64,000 nt of DNA. Origin: Escherichia coli. Its GTDB lineage: Bacteria > Pseudomonadota > Gammaproteobacteria > Enterobacterales > Enterobacteriaceae. The position numbers were made by a program, and so were the translations under genes. The first letter of the stretch is position 1; each line of letters opens with the position of its first letter. Positions 16,601 to 26,339 of this stretch are shown piece by piece. The notes beneath the pieces were generated by a model. That model searched no databases. It saw nothing but the letters and a program-made list of their open reading frames with translations, and was not told the DNA's origin. Location: NCBI RefSeq assembly GCF_045037415.1, contig NZ_CP173438.1; one strand, written 5' to 3'.

Positions 16601-16819
16601 TCAAAACAGTGAAAATCGTCCGAGTATACCTTGTACAGCGGTCAAGGTTAACCGGCGATTGAGTACCGAAATCAGAAAGAAGTGGCTTTTCATTGCTATG
16701 GCGCAAATCATGGGAAGAAACTGACCGCCTACTGCAATTTTTCTCGCGGAAAAGCTGTATTCACACCCCGCAAGCTGGTAGAATCCTGCGCCATCACTAC
16801 GTAACGAGTGCCGGCACAT
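16601..16819 (-). CDS. yaaY: Uncharacterised small protein YaaY, 72 aa
   Basis: Same size and position (between rpsT and ribF) as K-12 yaaY; no functional signal visible. Confidence 0.5.
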   Translation of the reverse strand: MCRHSLRSDGAGFYQLAGCEYSFSARKIAVGGQFLPMICAIAMKSHFFLISVLNRRLTLTAVQGILGRFSLF

Positions 16820-16900
16820 TAACGGCGCTTATTTGCACAAATCCATTGACAAAAGAAGGCTAAAAGGGCATATTCCTCGGCCTTTGAATTGTCCATATAG

Positions 16901-17185
<285 letters not shown>

Positions 17186-17208
17186 TTGCCTGTTGTTGTC
17201 AGCTTTGT

Positions 17209-17237
17209 AAAAAAACCCGCTCTGGCGGGTTTTTTTA
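17209..17237 (+). terminator. rpsT intrinsic terminator
   Basis: aaaaaaacccgc-tctg-gcgggttttttt: GC stem with T7 run, flanked by an A-run. Confidence 0.8.
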
Positions 17238-17573
17238 TGCCTGCGGAAGTTACCGTTAATCGATTATATATTTTCTCCATGAATACATCATAAATATAAT
17301 TGATGCTTTTTCATTGTGAAAGATAAAATATTTCATTTGGCTGTAAAACGTGAACTGTATAACAAATAGCAGGAAAACTGAATAAAAAACTAATTAACGC
17401 AACCTTAAAACGAAAAATTATAATTGTCGCTCTTCCCCACTTTAATTACTCTCATTGCCACAACGTTGCTTTACATCATTAATAAATACGCATCAAGGAT
17501 AGTTAGCATGTATTTGCTTAGAAAGTAAAAGTCGTTTTTCTGAGCCAGGCATTCTTGTTCTGGAGAGAATATA

Positions 17574-18947
17574 ATGAGTTCCGTACTTGAAACTGATAAA
17601 TCATCCGCATCCGATTCACTGCCTTTAATACAACGGATCAGCTATGGTTCGCTGGATGTTGCAGGTAATCTGCTCTACTGTTTTGGCTCCACCTACATTC
17701 TCTATTTCTACACTGACGTGGCGGGCATAAGCCTTGCCGTAGCTGGCATCATCCTGCTACTGGCGCGTATTGTAGACGGTATCGATGCCCCGGTATGGGG
17801 GATTATTATTGATAAAACGCATTCCCGCTACGGTAAATGTCGGCCGTGGTTTTTATGGTTGCCATTACCTTTTGCTGTATTTAGCGCACTCTCATTCTGG
17901 TCGCCAGATATCAGTATGACAGGTAAAACCATATATTCAGCAATATCGTACATGTTAGCCAGCATTCTTTTTACCGGTTTAAACACGCCGCTAAGCGCAA
18001 TATTACCTTTGATGACGTTATCACCAAAAGAACGGTTGGTATTAAACTCTTACCGGATGACCGGCGGGCAAATTGGCGTGTTATTAATGAATGCGACGGC
18101 GCTACCGTTAGTGGCTTTTCTTGGAAACGGTAATGATAAGGCAGGATTTATTTATACTGCTATCGTCTTTTCCGTAATCTCCTGTGCGCTAACGCTATTT
18201 GCCTTCAAAAATATTCGAGAACTGGATACCGACAAAATACAGCAGGAACCACGTCTGCCGATGAAAAAGAGCTTTTCGGCAATGAAAGGCAACTGGCCGT
18301 GGATCCTGATGGTGCTGGCAAATCTCATCTTCTGGATTGCCTTACAGCAGCGCAACACAACCATTGTTTACTATTTAACCTACAACCTGGATCGCAAAGA
18401 TTTAGTTCCCTTGATCAACAGCCTCGCCACCATTCAGATTTTGTTTATCATCGCAATTCCGTTTTTCAGCCGTTACCTCTCCAAAACCTGGATTTGGATC
18501 ACCGGCCTGCTGGTCGCCATGTTCGGCGGAGGACTGATGTGGCTGGCTGGAGACAATATTCCTTTGATGATTGCCGCCTGGATGCTGGCGAATATTGGCA
18601 GTGGCATTGCCTGCTCTATGCCCTTCGCCATGCTTGGTTTCGCGGTTGATTTTGGTCGCTGGAAAACAGGGATTAAAGCTACCGGCATTCTAATCGCCTT
18701 CGGCAGTACCTTCTGCATCAAGATGGGCAGTGGTATCGGCACCGCCTTCGCCGCCTGGATTATGAACAGCTTTGGCTATATTCCCAACCAGCCACAAACT
18801 GCCGCCGGTCTGGACGGTATTAGCTGGGCGTTTATCTGGGTGCCAGCCGTGCTCTTTGCACTCGCCGCCATTCCACTGCTCTTCTTTCGTAAATATGAAG
18901 CGATGGAAGAGTGCATCCAACACGATTTGCAAGTTCATAACCCTTAA
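17574..18947 (+). CDS. Glycoside-pentoside-hexuronide (GPH) family cation symporter, 457 aa
   Basis: Multi-helix membrane protein with the MelB/GPH signature region IVDGIDAPVWGIIIDKTHSRYGKCRPW; absent from K-12 at this position. Confidence 0.8.
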   Translation: MSSVLETDKSSASDSLPLIQRISYGSLDVAGNLLYCFGSTYILYFYTDVAGISLAVAGIILLLARIVDGIDAPVWGIIIDKTHSRYGKCRPWFLWLPLPFAVFSALSFWSPDISMTGKTIYSAISYMLASILFTGLNTPLSAILPLMTLSPKERLVLNSYRMTGGQIGVLLMNATALPLVAFLGNGNDKAGFIYTAIVFSVISCALTLFAFKNIRELDTDKIQQEPRLPMKKSFSAMKGNWPWILMVLANLIFWIALQQRNTTIVYYLTYNLDRKDLVPLINSLATIQILFIIAIPFFSRYLSKTWIWITGLLVAMFGGGLMWLAGDNIPLMIAAWMLANIGSGIACSMPFAMLGFAVDFGRWKTGIKATGILIAFGSTFCIKMGSGIGTAFAAWIMNSFGYIPNQPQTAAGLDGISWAFIWVPAVLFALAAIPLLFFRKYEAMEECIQHDLQVHNP

Positions 18948-18974
18948 ACATGTCACAAGCTCCTGGAGGAAATT

Positions 18975-21014
18975 ATGTCGTTTATTAAGCAAGATCCCCA
19001 TCGTCTGGTCTGGCAACAAGACGATCGTTATCTCTGGATTGAAGCATGGGGTGAGAACAGTTTACGTGTGCGTAGCGGTCGCCATCTGCCGATGATGCGC
19101 AATGAAAACTGGGCATTAACAGAAGAAAAAGGTGATGCTGTCGCCTATATCACATATGAAGAAAAGCAGGCAACACTACAAAACGGCAAAATCACCGCCA
19201 TTGTTAATCTGCAGGGTCAGATCTCTTTCTGGCGTAATGCAGAAAAATGCCTGCTGCAGGAGTTCTGGCGTCAGCGCGGCGAAATTGGCGAAGATGAGTC
19301 GGCCCACGGTCAGTATGTCAGCGCCCTGAATTTACAGGCCCGCGAGTTCAAACCGATTCCCGGCGGGAAATACACAATCAAGGCGCGGTTCGAAGCCAAC
19401 GATGGCGAAAAGTTGTTTGGCATGGGGCAGTACCAGCAGCCAAATCTGGATTTAAAAGGCTGTATGCTAGAGCTGGCGCAGCGTAATTCTCAGGCATCGG
19501 TTCCCTTCCTGCTTTCTAATCGCGGCTATGGTTTTCTGTGGAATAACCCAGCGGTGGGTCGCGTCACTTTCGCGCAAAATGGCACGGAATGGGTGGCAGA
19601 AGTTAGCGAACAGTTGGACTACTGGGTTACCGCAGGGGATACTCCCGCAGAAATCAGCGCCGCCTATGCACGTGTTACCGGTACGCCGCCAATGATGCCC
19701 GATTACGCCATGGGATTCTGGCAGTGCAAGTTGCGCTACCGTAATCAGCAAGAGTTACTAGAAGTTGCACGTGGCTACAAGCAGCGTAATTTGCCTATTT
19801 CGGTGATTGTCATCGATTTCTTCCATTGGCCGAATCAGGGTGACTGGATGTTCGATCTGCGCGACTGGCCCGATCCCGATGCCATGATTGCCGAACTAAA
19901 AGAGATGGGCATTGAACTGATGGTCTCCTTCTGGCCCACGGTTGATAACCGTACCGAGAGTTATCGGGAGATGAAAGAAAACGGCTGGCTGGTCCACACC
20001 GAGCGTGGTTTGCCTATCAATATGGATTTCCTTGGCAACACCACGTTCTTTGATGCTACCCATCCTGGCGCACGGGAATATGTCTGGAACAAAGCCAAAC
20101 GCAATTATTACGATAAAGGCGTGAAACTGTTCTGGCTGGATGAAGCCGAGCCAGAGTTCGGTGTTTACGATTATGACAACTATCGTTACTACGCAGGGCC
20201 TGTGCTGGAAGTCGGTAATATCTATCCGCGTATGTACGCCAAAACGTTCTTCGATGGTATGACCGCGGCTGGTGAAAAGCAGGTGATTAACCTGCTGCGC
20301 TGTGCCTGGGCTGGCAGTCAGAAATATGGCGCTCTGGTGTGGTCAGGCGATATTCACTCCTCTTTCCGTTCTTTGCGTAATCAGTTTGCCGCTGGCTTGA
20401 ACATGGGAATTGCCGGGATCCCGTGGTGGACAACCGATATTGGTGGTTTCCACGGCGGTAATATTCACGATCCGAAATTCCATGAACTGTTAATTCGCTG
20501 GTTCCAGTGGGGGGTATTCAGCCCAGTAATGCGTTTACATGGCAACCGCGACCCGCAGGTTTTGCCTGAACAACCCTATCGTGATGGCATAGCACAATGT
20601 CCGACTGGCGCGCCGAATGAAGTCTGGAGCTATGGTGAAGAAACCGGTGAAATTCTCACTTCCTGCCTGCAGTTGCGTGAAAAACTGAAATCTTATATCA
20701 GTAAAATTATGGCTGAGACGCACGAGAAGAACAGCCCGATAATGCGCACGATGTTCTTTGAATTTCCTGACCAGGCAGAAAGCTGGAATATTTATGATCA
20801 GTACTGCTTTGGCCCAGACCTTCTCGTTGCCCCTGTAATGCACGAAGGTACACGTTCACGTGATGTCTGGTTGCCTGCTGGAGAGACATGGATCGATTTT
20901 TATACCCATGAACACTACGCGGGTGGGCAAACGCTTCATCATTGCGCACCGCTGCACCAGATACCGGTATTCATTCGCGAGAAAGGGAAATATCGCCAGA
21001 TATTTCCCGTTTAA
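18975..21014 (+). CDS. Glycoside hydrolase family 31 alpha-glycosidase, 679 aa
   Basis: GH31-like catalytic regions KLFWLDEAEPEF (nucleophile Asp context) and ALVWSGDIHSSF (acid/base context); 27 bp downstream of the GPH symporter, suggesting one operon. Confidence 0.8.
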   Translation: MSFIKQDPHRLVWQQDDRYLWIEAWGENSLRVRSGRHLPMMRNENWALTEEKGDAVAYITYEEKQATLQNGKITAIVNLQGQISFWRNAEKCLLQEFWRQRGEIGEDESAHGQYVSALNLQAREFKPIPGGKYTIKARFEANDGEKLFGMGQYQQPNLDLKGCMLELAQRNSQASVPFLLSNRGYGFLWNNPAVGRVTFAQNGTEWVAEVSEQLDYWVTAGDTPAEISAAYARVTGTPPMMPDYAMGFWQCKLRYRNQQELLEVARGYKQRNLPISVIVIDFFHWPNQGDWMFDLRDWPDPDAMIAELKEMGIELMVSFWPTVDNRTESYREMKENGWLVHTERGLPINMDFLGNTTFFDATHPGAREYVWNKAKRNYYDKGVKLFWLDEAEPEFGVYDYDNYRYYAGPVLEVGNIYPRMYAKTFFDGMTAAGEKQVINLLRCAWAGSQKYGALVWSGDIHSSFRSLRNQFAAGLNMGIAGIPWWTTDIGGFHGGNIHDPKFHELLIRWFQWGVFSPVMRLHGNRDPQVLPEQPYRDGIAQCPTGAPNEVWSYGEETGEILTSCLQLREKLKSYISKIMAETHEKNSPIMRTMFFEFPDQAESWNIYDQYCFGPDLLVAPVMHEGTRSRDVWLPAGETWIDFYTHEHYAGGQTLHHCAPLHQIPVFIREKGKYRQIFPV

Positions 21015-21071
21015 AGGACATCGTTTGTTCATTAGCACGCCCCGTATGTAGCGGGGCGTGAGTTTTAATAG

Positions 21072-21977
21072 CTATCGTGAGGCGGGAGAAAACAACGAAG
21101 AATAATCCGTATTGCAGATTCGCTGTACCGCCGGGTGCTGAATCATCCGCTCAGCAAAAATAGCATGGTACTCTTCCATCACATTCTCGACGCGACCAAT
21201 TTCTACGACAGTTTTATCGGCATAAAAGTCATATGCATAAAGCGTTGGAGCAACGAAGATTGCATTGTGCATCGCACCAAAAGCTTTCATCAACGCGGCA
21301 TCATCAAACTCGCCAAGGATTTCTACGTTTAATCCCTGGGAGTTAAACCAGTTAAGCAATTTGCGCCCTAACATTGAACGTCGCCCAGGAATCAAAAGCC
21401 GCCGTTCTTCCAGACAAGCCGGGAACGGTTTTTCCGGTGGTGGATTTGTACACCAGAAACTCACGCCACATTCGCCAATTCTCACGGAGAACAGGCCTTC
21501 CTGCTGCGTAGAATCTATCGGACAGTCGGAAATGATCATATCCAGTTTATGCTGACTTAATTGCTCCAGCAGCATTTCGTGGGTGGATTCGAAGCAGCGA
21601 AGATGAATCGGCTCGCCTTCTACCACTGCGGCGTTAAGTACGCTACTGACCAGACGTTTGGAAAGTGCATCTGCCACACCAACATCAAACAATAAGTTGG
21701 ACTCTTTGCGATAGTTGACGATATCCAGCATTTCCTGGCTTAAGGTGAACATTTTATCGGCATAGCGATAGACCAGTTCCCCCAGTTCGCTGGGTTCCAG
21801 ACCACGTCCTTTACGCTTAAATAGTTTCCCTTGCAGGCGCTCTTCCAGCGCCCGGATCTGCCCGGTAATGGTTTGTGGTGTTAAATAAAGCGCCTCCGCT
21901 GCGCCAACCACAGAACCTTCTTTGTAGACATGCCAGAAGTAATACAAGTGGTTGTAATTGATATGAGACATGCTCAT
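21072..21977 (-). CDS. nhaR: LysR-type transcriptional activator of nhaA, 301 aa
   Basis: Translation from [41 protein letters not shown]... (LysR HTH); the ORF-track start at 21995 is 6 codons too long. Confidence 0.93.
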   Translation of the reverse strand: MSMSHINYNHLYYFWHVYKEGSVVGAAEALYLTPQTITGQIRALEERLQGKLFKRKGRGLEPSELGELVYRYADKMFTLSQEMLDIVNYRKESNLLFDVGVADALSKRLVSSVLNAAVVEGEPIHLRCFESTHEMLLEQLSQHKLDMIISDCPIDSTQQEGLFSVRIGECGVSFWCTNPPPEKPFPACLEERRLLIPGRRSMLGRKLLNWFNSQGLNVEILGEFDDAALMKAFGAMHNAIFVAPTLYAYDFYADKTVVEIGRVENVMEEYHAIFAERMIQHPAVQRICNTDYSSLFSPASR

Positions 21978-22036
21978 TTCTCTCCCTGATAACAATGAAA
22001 AGGGAGCCGTTTATGGCTCCCCAGTACATCGTCCTG

Positions 22037-23203
22037 TCAAACTGATGGACGTAAACGAACGCGTAACCAGCTATATCCAATTACCGCCGAAGAAATTGAA
22101 CCGACAAGGATACCTAATTTTGCCCAGTTAATCAGTTCTGGATCTACGCTACCAAATGCCAGGCTGGCAATAAAGATAGACATAGTAAAACCGATACCGC
22201 ACAGGATACCAACCGCCATAATTTGCTGGTAAGTCGTTCCCTCTGGCAGATGTGCCAGTTTCAAACGCAGCGCCAACCAGCAGAACAGACTAATACCCAG
22301 TGGCTTGCCAATCAGCAAACCAGCGATGATCCCTAATGGCAGAATGGAGGTCAAACCTTCCAGCGTGACACCTTGCAGTGAAACGCCAGCATTAGCAAAT
22401 GCAAACAGCGGCAAAATCAGATACGCCACCCATGGATGCAAAACATGCTCCAGACGTTTAGCCGGAGAGCGCCCATGCTTCTCTTTTAACGGAATAAAGA
22501 AGCCGACAATGACGCCAGCCAGCGTTGCATGGACACCTGATTTCAACACCGCTGTCCACAGCACCACGCCAACCAGAATATAAACGCCCGTGCGGCGTAC
22601 ACCACACAGATTCAATACCGCGAGTACCGCAATTGCTACAGCCGCGACGCCAAGAGAGGCCATCGATAAGTCATTAGTGTAGAACAATGCGATGATAATG
22701 ATGGCCCCAAGATCGTCGATAATAGCCAGAGCCATCAAAAAGATCTTCAGCGCTAACGGAACACGACTTCCCAACAGCGCCAACACACCAAGTGCAAAGG
22801 CAATGTCAGTCGCCGCCGGGATTGCCCAGCCTTCGCGAGTGATAGGATCGGCATAGTTAAAAGCCAGATAGAGCAATGCCGGGACAATCATCCCGCCGAT
22901 TGCGGCAATAACAGGAAATGCCGCCTGGCGCAGACTGGCCAGCGAACCTTGCATCAGCTCGCGTTTAACTTCCAGACCAACCAACAGGAAAAATACCGCC
23001 ATCAGAGCGTCATTGATCCATAGCAGCATGTTCTTGTTGATCTCAAGTGTCCCAACCCGGAGCTGAACCGGCGTCTCAAGAAAGTCGTGATACCATCCAC
23101 TGGTTGCACCGCTGTTGGCCATAATCATCGCTAATACAGCGGCAATAATGAGAATAATGCCTCCCGAGGCATCACTGCTAAAGAATCGATGCAGATGTTT
23201 CAC
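22037..23203 (-). CDS. nhaA: Na+/H+ antiporter NhaA, 388 aa
   Basis: [42 protein letters not shown]... full length. Confidence 0.96.
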   Translation of the reverse strand: MKHLHRFFSSDASGGIILIIAAVLAMIMANSGATSGWYHDFLETPVQLRVGTLEINKNMLLWINDALMAVFFLLVGLEVKRELMQGSLASLRQAAFPVIAAIGGMIVPALLYLAFNYADPITREGWAIPAATDIAFALGVLALLGSRVPLALKIFLMALAIIDDLGAIIIIALFYTNDLSMASLGVAAVAIAVLAVLNLCGVRRTGVYILVGVVLWTAVLKSGVHATLAGVIVGFFIPLKEKHGRSPAKRLEHVLHPWVAYLILPLFAFANAGVSLQGVTLEGLTSILPLGIIAGLLIGKPLGISLFCWLALRLKLAHLPEGTTYQQIMAVGILCGIGFTMSIFIASLAFGSVDPELINWAKLGILVGSISSAVIGYSWLRVRLRPSV

Positions 23204-23437
23204 TTTTTATTTCTCTTCAGGTGAATAGATCGTTTTCACGATTTTACCCCGCACGAATCATCGTTAAAATCAGATTATAGTGTAGGAATAGCTCGCTTTT
23301 TACGATCTATTAAAAGAATTGCGCCATCAGCGAGAGATGAGTTTTTGATGCCCGAAAGCGGCGGCTGATGACCTTAAACCCCATTAATCATAGTCTAATG
23401 TCAAGATTTCTGAAGAAATTATTCGGAAAAGTAATAA

Positions 23438-24697
23438 TTAAATTGTTCCATGCTCTAGTTTTTTATTCCACAGATGTTTGAGGATATCTAATGTAGAAAC
23501 GACATTCGCAGGAGACATTCGGTTCAATGATATAAGGAAAGGATGGTTCTCCACAAAGTGGATAAAACGCGTCGCACTGTTCAATGTTGCATGCCGCATC
23601 TCGCGGACTTTCTTACTGCCAGTGAGATTGCATACAGCCATTGAATAATTGCGGTTAGAAAATGCACGCCAGACATTATTTCGTACCCCACCACTAAGGA
23701 ATAATCGCGGCGGAAAATCAATGGTGGCGGGTGCCACACCGCGCTCTTTGACAAAGGAAATATGGCAGCGACCTTGATGAATATGCTGCAAATTAGCCAT
23801 CAGGCAGCCGCCCAATATAAAGCATTCGTGATCAAGGTAATGCTGAACGTTGTTGGAATGCTCATCGGTCAGTATTCTGACCAGTTCAAAATGACGATAT
23901 GCCGGAAGAACCGGTTTTACCAACATTCCCGGATCGTTTTGATGTAAAACTGCCGGGCCGTAATCAATATCAAACAAGGTATCCCGCCGCATAGTAAGTA
24001 ACTCTTTGCGCTGGACATGATGTGCCAGCGTCCCTGGAGACATACGCTCTTCATAGTTCGATGTGTATTGATAATGTTGCTCTACGGCAGATGGGGAGTA
24101 ATTGGTTGAGATGGCAACCACCCTGCCGCTTTGTTCTTCTGCGGTAACAAGAGCATAAAGAGAGTTATTGCTACCATTATACTTGACGCGAAAAGCGCGG
24201 GTACTCAGGGTAATATCAGAAGCTGGGAAACACTGTCGACTTTCTTTATAGTTTGCTTCACGCGCTAATTTTAACAGTTCACGGCTAAGTCCAGTGCTGT
24301 TAAGAAGTAATGACTTTCTGATATCCGCAAGTGCCTCCCCTTGCTCAATCATCAATGCTAACTGGGCTCCTCGTGGTGTGGTAATTACATGTTCCAGAGT
24401 GATAAATGTTTTCTCACAATGATGGCAATACATTCTTCTCTGGCCTTGTGCAGAATATCCATATTTTTTGAGGGACGTGCCTCCGCAAGTTGAACATTGG
24501 CAAATCAAACCTCTCCAGGAGTGATTCACAATATTACGATAAATATTAAGCGACTGTTCAGATATCACTGGAAACAAGTAACCACATTCACGGCATAAAA
24601 TATTTTTACCCTGTGCGACATAATCCTGGCTATTCAGCAACCCCAGGTTTTTACATCCTGGTGTTTTGCAACAATCAACATTTACGTTGGTAAACAT
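23438..24697 (-). CDS. Cysteine-rich hypothetical protein (tandem CxxC zinc-ribbon-like N-terminus, then a helix-turn-helix-like segment and a ~300 aa domain of unknown function)
   Basis: Cys pairs at C12/C17, C37/C40, C68-C70-C73, C93/C96; likely start is the ATG at 24697 with an agggag SD (the ORF track uses the GTG at 24703); no radical-SAM CX3CX2C motif; AT-rich gene. Confidence 0.6.
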   Translation of the reverse strand: MFTNVNVDCCKTPGCKNLGLLNSQDYVAQGKNILCRECGYLFPVISEQSLNIYRNIVNHSWRGLICQCSTCGGTSLKKYGYSAQGQRRMYCHHCEKTFITLEHVITTPRGAQLALMIEQGEALADIRKSLLLNSTGLSRELLKLAREANYKESRQCFPASDITLSTRAFRVKYNGSNNSLYALVTAEEQSGRVVAISTNYSPSAVEQHYQYTSNYEERMSPGTLAHHVQRKELLTMRRDTLFDIDYGPAVLHQNDPGMLVKPVLPAYRHFELVRILTDEHSNNVQHYLDHECFILGGCLMANLQHIHQGRCHISFVKERGVAPATIDFPPRLFLSGGVRNNVWRAFSNRNYSMAVCNLTGSKKVREMRHATLNSATRFIHFVENHPFLISLNRMSPANVVSTLDILKHLWNKKLEHGTI

Positions 24698-24825
24698 ATC
24701 CACTCCCTGCGAATAGCCGTATCTTGATATTGTTCAACGCGAAAAGAACCTGATTCAATGCGTAGCACTGAATCAGGCGGGCATAGCCCTAAATGGCATA
24801 CATTACATTTATTATGATTATCAGG

Positions 24826-26319
24826 TTAGCCCCAGGTCACCGCTTCTGGTTTATCACCTCTGGCTTTCATTAGAGAATCATTATCAATATCAGTTTTATA
24901 TTTTAAAAACTTACCATACATCTGTTTTTCAATATCTGGTTTTTTACCGATCAGATTAAGTGTTTCATAACGATCAGATTTCAGATTGTAGAGATATTTC
25001 GGTTTATTATTGCGATCGATAATCATCTTCCAGTCACCATCACGGATCGCCCATTCATCGGTTGGATCATCCTGGAATGGCATATCAATCCCGAAAATTA
25101 ATGGCTTTTCGCGTTTCAATGCTTTTTGCTCAAGAACAGGAACCAGCGATTCACCATCGAAAGTACGGTCTGTAGGTAATTTGAAGTTCATCATTTTCGC
25201 TAAAGTAGGCATCCAGTCCAGACCATAAACGGGTGTATCTGAAACCATTCCCTGTGGTAGATGTTTACCATATTTAATAATGGCTGGAACACGAATTCCG
25301 CCTTCCCAAAGGTTATCCTTGCGACCGCGTAATCCATCCGTTTCCCCTGCCAAATTCAGCTCATACACTTTGCGCGCTTCACGCGTTACCGGACCGTTAT
25401 CACTGGTAAAAATAACGATTGTGTTATCTTCTTCACCCACAGCTTTGATTTTATCCAGCACTTTTCCAACCTGTGCATCCAGATAGCTGATATTGGCATA
25501 ATATTCCCCCACACCACGCCAGGGTTTGTCTGCCCAGTCGCCATAAAATAAATCAGGATGCTGCTTCTGATACGCGCTCATATATTGTGAGTACATATCG
25601 AGGTATTTTTTGGGCGAAGCCAGGGGGCTATGCACTTCGGTAAAAGCAACATAGAGGAAGAAAGGCTTGCTGTCCTTTTTGTTATCCAGCCAGTTGACGA
25701 CTTCCGAACTGACATACTCACCGCTCATTTTATCGGCTCGTGGAGTGGGTTGCCCGTTACGTAGCCAGCCTGTCGGGTAAACCATGCCATAACGCGGGCG
25801 TTCTTTAGCGTTATCCAGCGTGGCGTCGGTAACAAAGCCCGCCGTATTAACCAGTGAGTAATCAAAGCCCATATCTTGTGCTTGTGGCTGATCGGTGCGA
25901 TCGCTGCCTGCATTCAGATGCAGCTTACCCATCATTGCCGTGTCGTACCCTTGCGCTTTGAGTAGATTAGCAATCGTGAGTTCGTTACGCCCTAAGGCAA
26001 CATCTTTGCCTGAAGGAATCCATGAGCGAATTCCAGTACGAAATGGCATCCGGCCGGTTAATAGCCCTGCGCGTGAAGGTGAACTTAAAGGAGCGGGGGC
26101 ATAGTAGTCAGTAAATTTGACCCCTTCCTGGGCAAGCCTGTCGATATTAGGTGTTTTAACGATCTGATGACCATATGTTGCTAAATCGCCATAACCTAAA
26201 TCATCCGCCATAATAATGACTAAATTAGGTTGTTTAGCCTCTGCGGCTAAGGCAGGACTAAAAGCATTCCCTGTGCAAACTGCAAGGCCGATCAAACTGG
26301 CCATTAACGTTTTCTGCAT
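24826..26319 (-). CDS. Periplasmic Ser-type sulfatase (arylsulfatase family), 497 aa
   Basis: Signal peptide MQKTLMASLIGLAVCTGNAFSPALAAEA; sulfatase signature S79-S-P-S-R-AGLL-TGR where the formylglycine position is Ser (codon AGT on the minus strand, plus-strand 26083..26085); metal-binding DD at IIMADDLGYGD. Confidence 0.85.
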   Translation of the reverse strand: MQKTLMASLIGLAVCTGNAFSPALAAEAKQPNLVIIMADDLGYGDLATYGHQIVKTPNIDRLAQEGVKFTDYYAPAPLSSPSRAGLLTGRMPFRTGIRSWIPSGKDVALGRNELTIANLLKAQGYDTAMMGKLHLNAGSDRTDQPQAQDMGFDYSLVNTAGFVTDATLDNAKERPRYGMVYPTGWLRNGQPTPRADKMSGEYVSSEVVNWLDNKKDSKPFFLYVAFTEVHSPLASPKKYLDMYSQYMSAYQKQHPDLFYGDWADKPWRGVGEYYANISYLDAQVGKVLDKIKAVGEEDNTIVIFTSDNGPVTREARKVYELNLAGETDGLRGRKDNLWEGGIRVPAIIKYGKHLPQGMVSDTPVYGLDWMPTLAKMMNFKLPTDRTFDGESLVPVLEQKALKREKPLIFGIDMPFQDDPTDEWAIRDGDWKMIIDRNNKPKYLYNLKSDRYETLNLIGKKPDIEKQMYGKFLKYKTDIDNDSLMKARGDKPEAVTWG

Positions 26320-26339
26320 AATTATTCCCTGATAAAAAA

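Noticed and set aside
23438-24703. Cys-rich protein as an AtsB/AslB-type radical-SAM sulfatase maturase
   Set aside because: No CX3CX2C radical-SAM cluster motif or auxiliary SPASM-type Cys arrangement; the Cys spacing (CxxC pairs) fits zinc ribbons instead.
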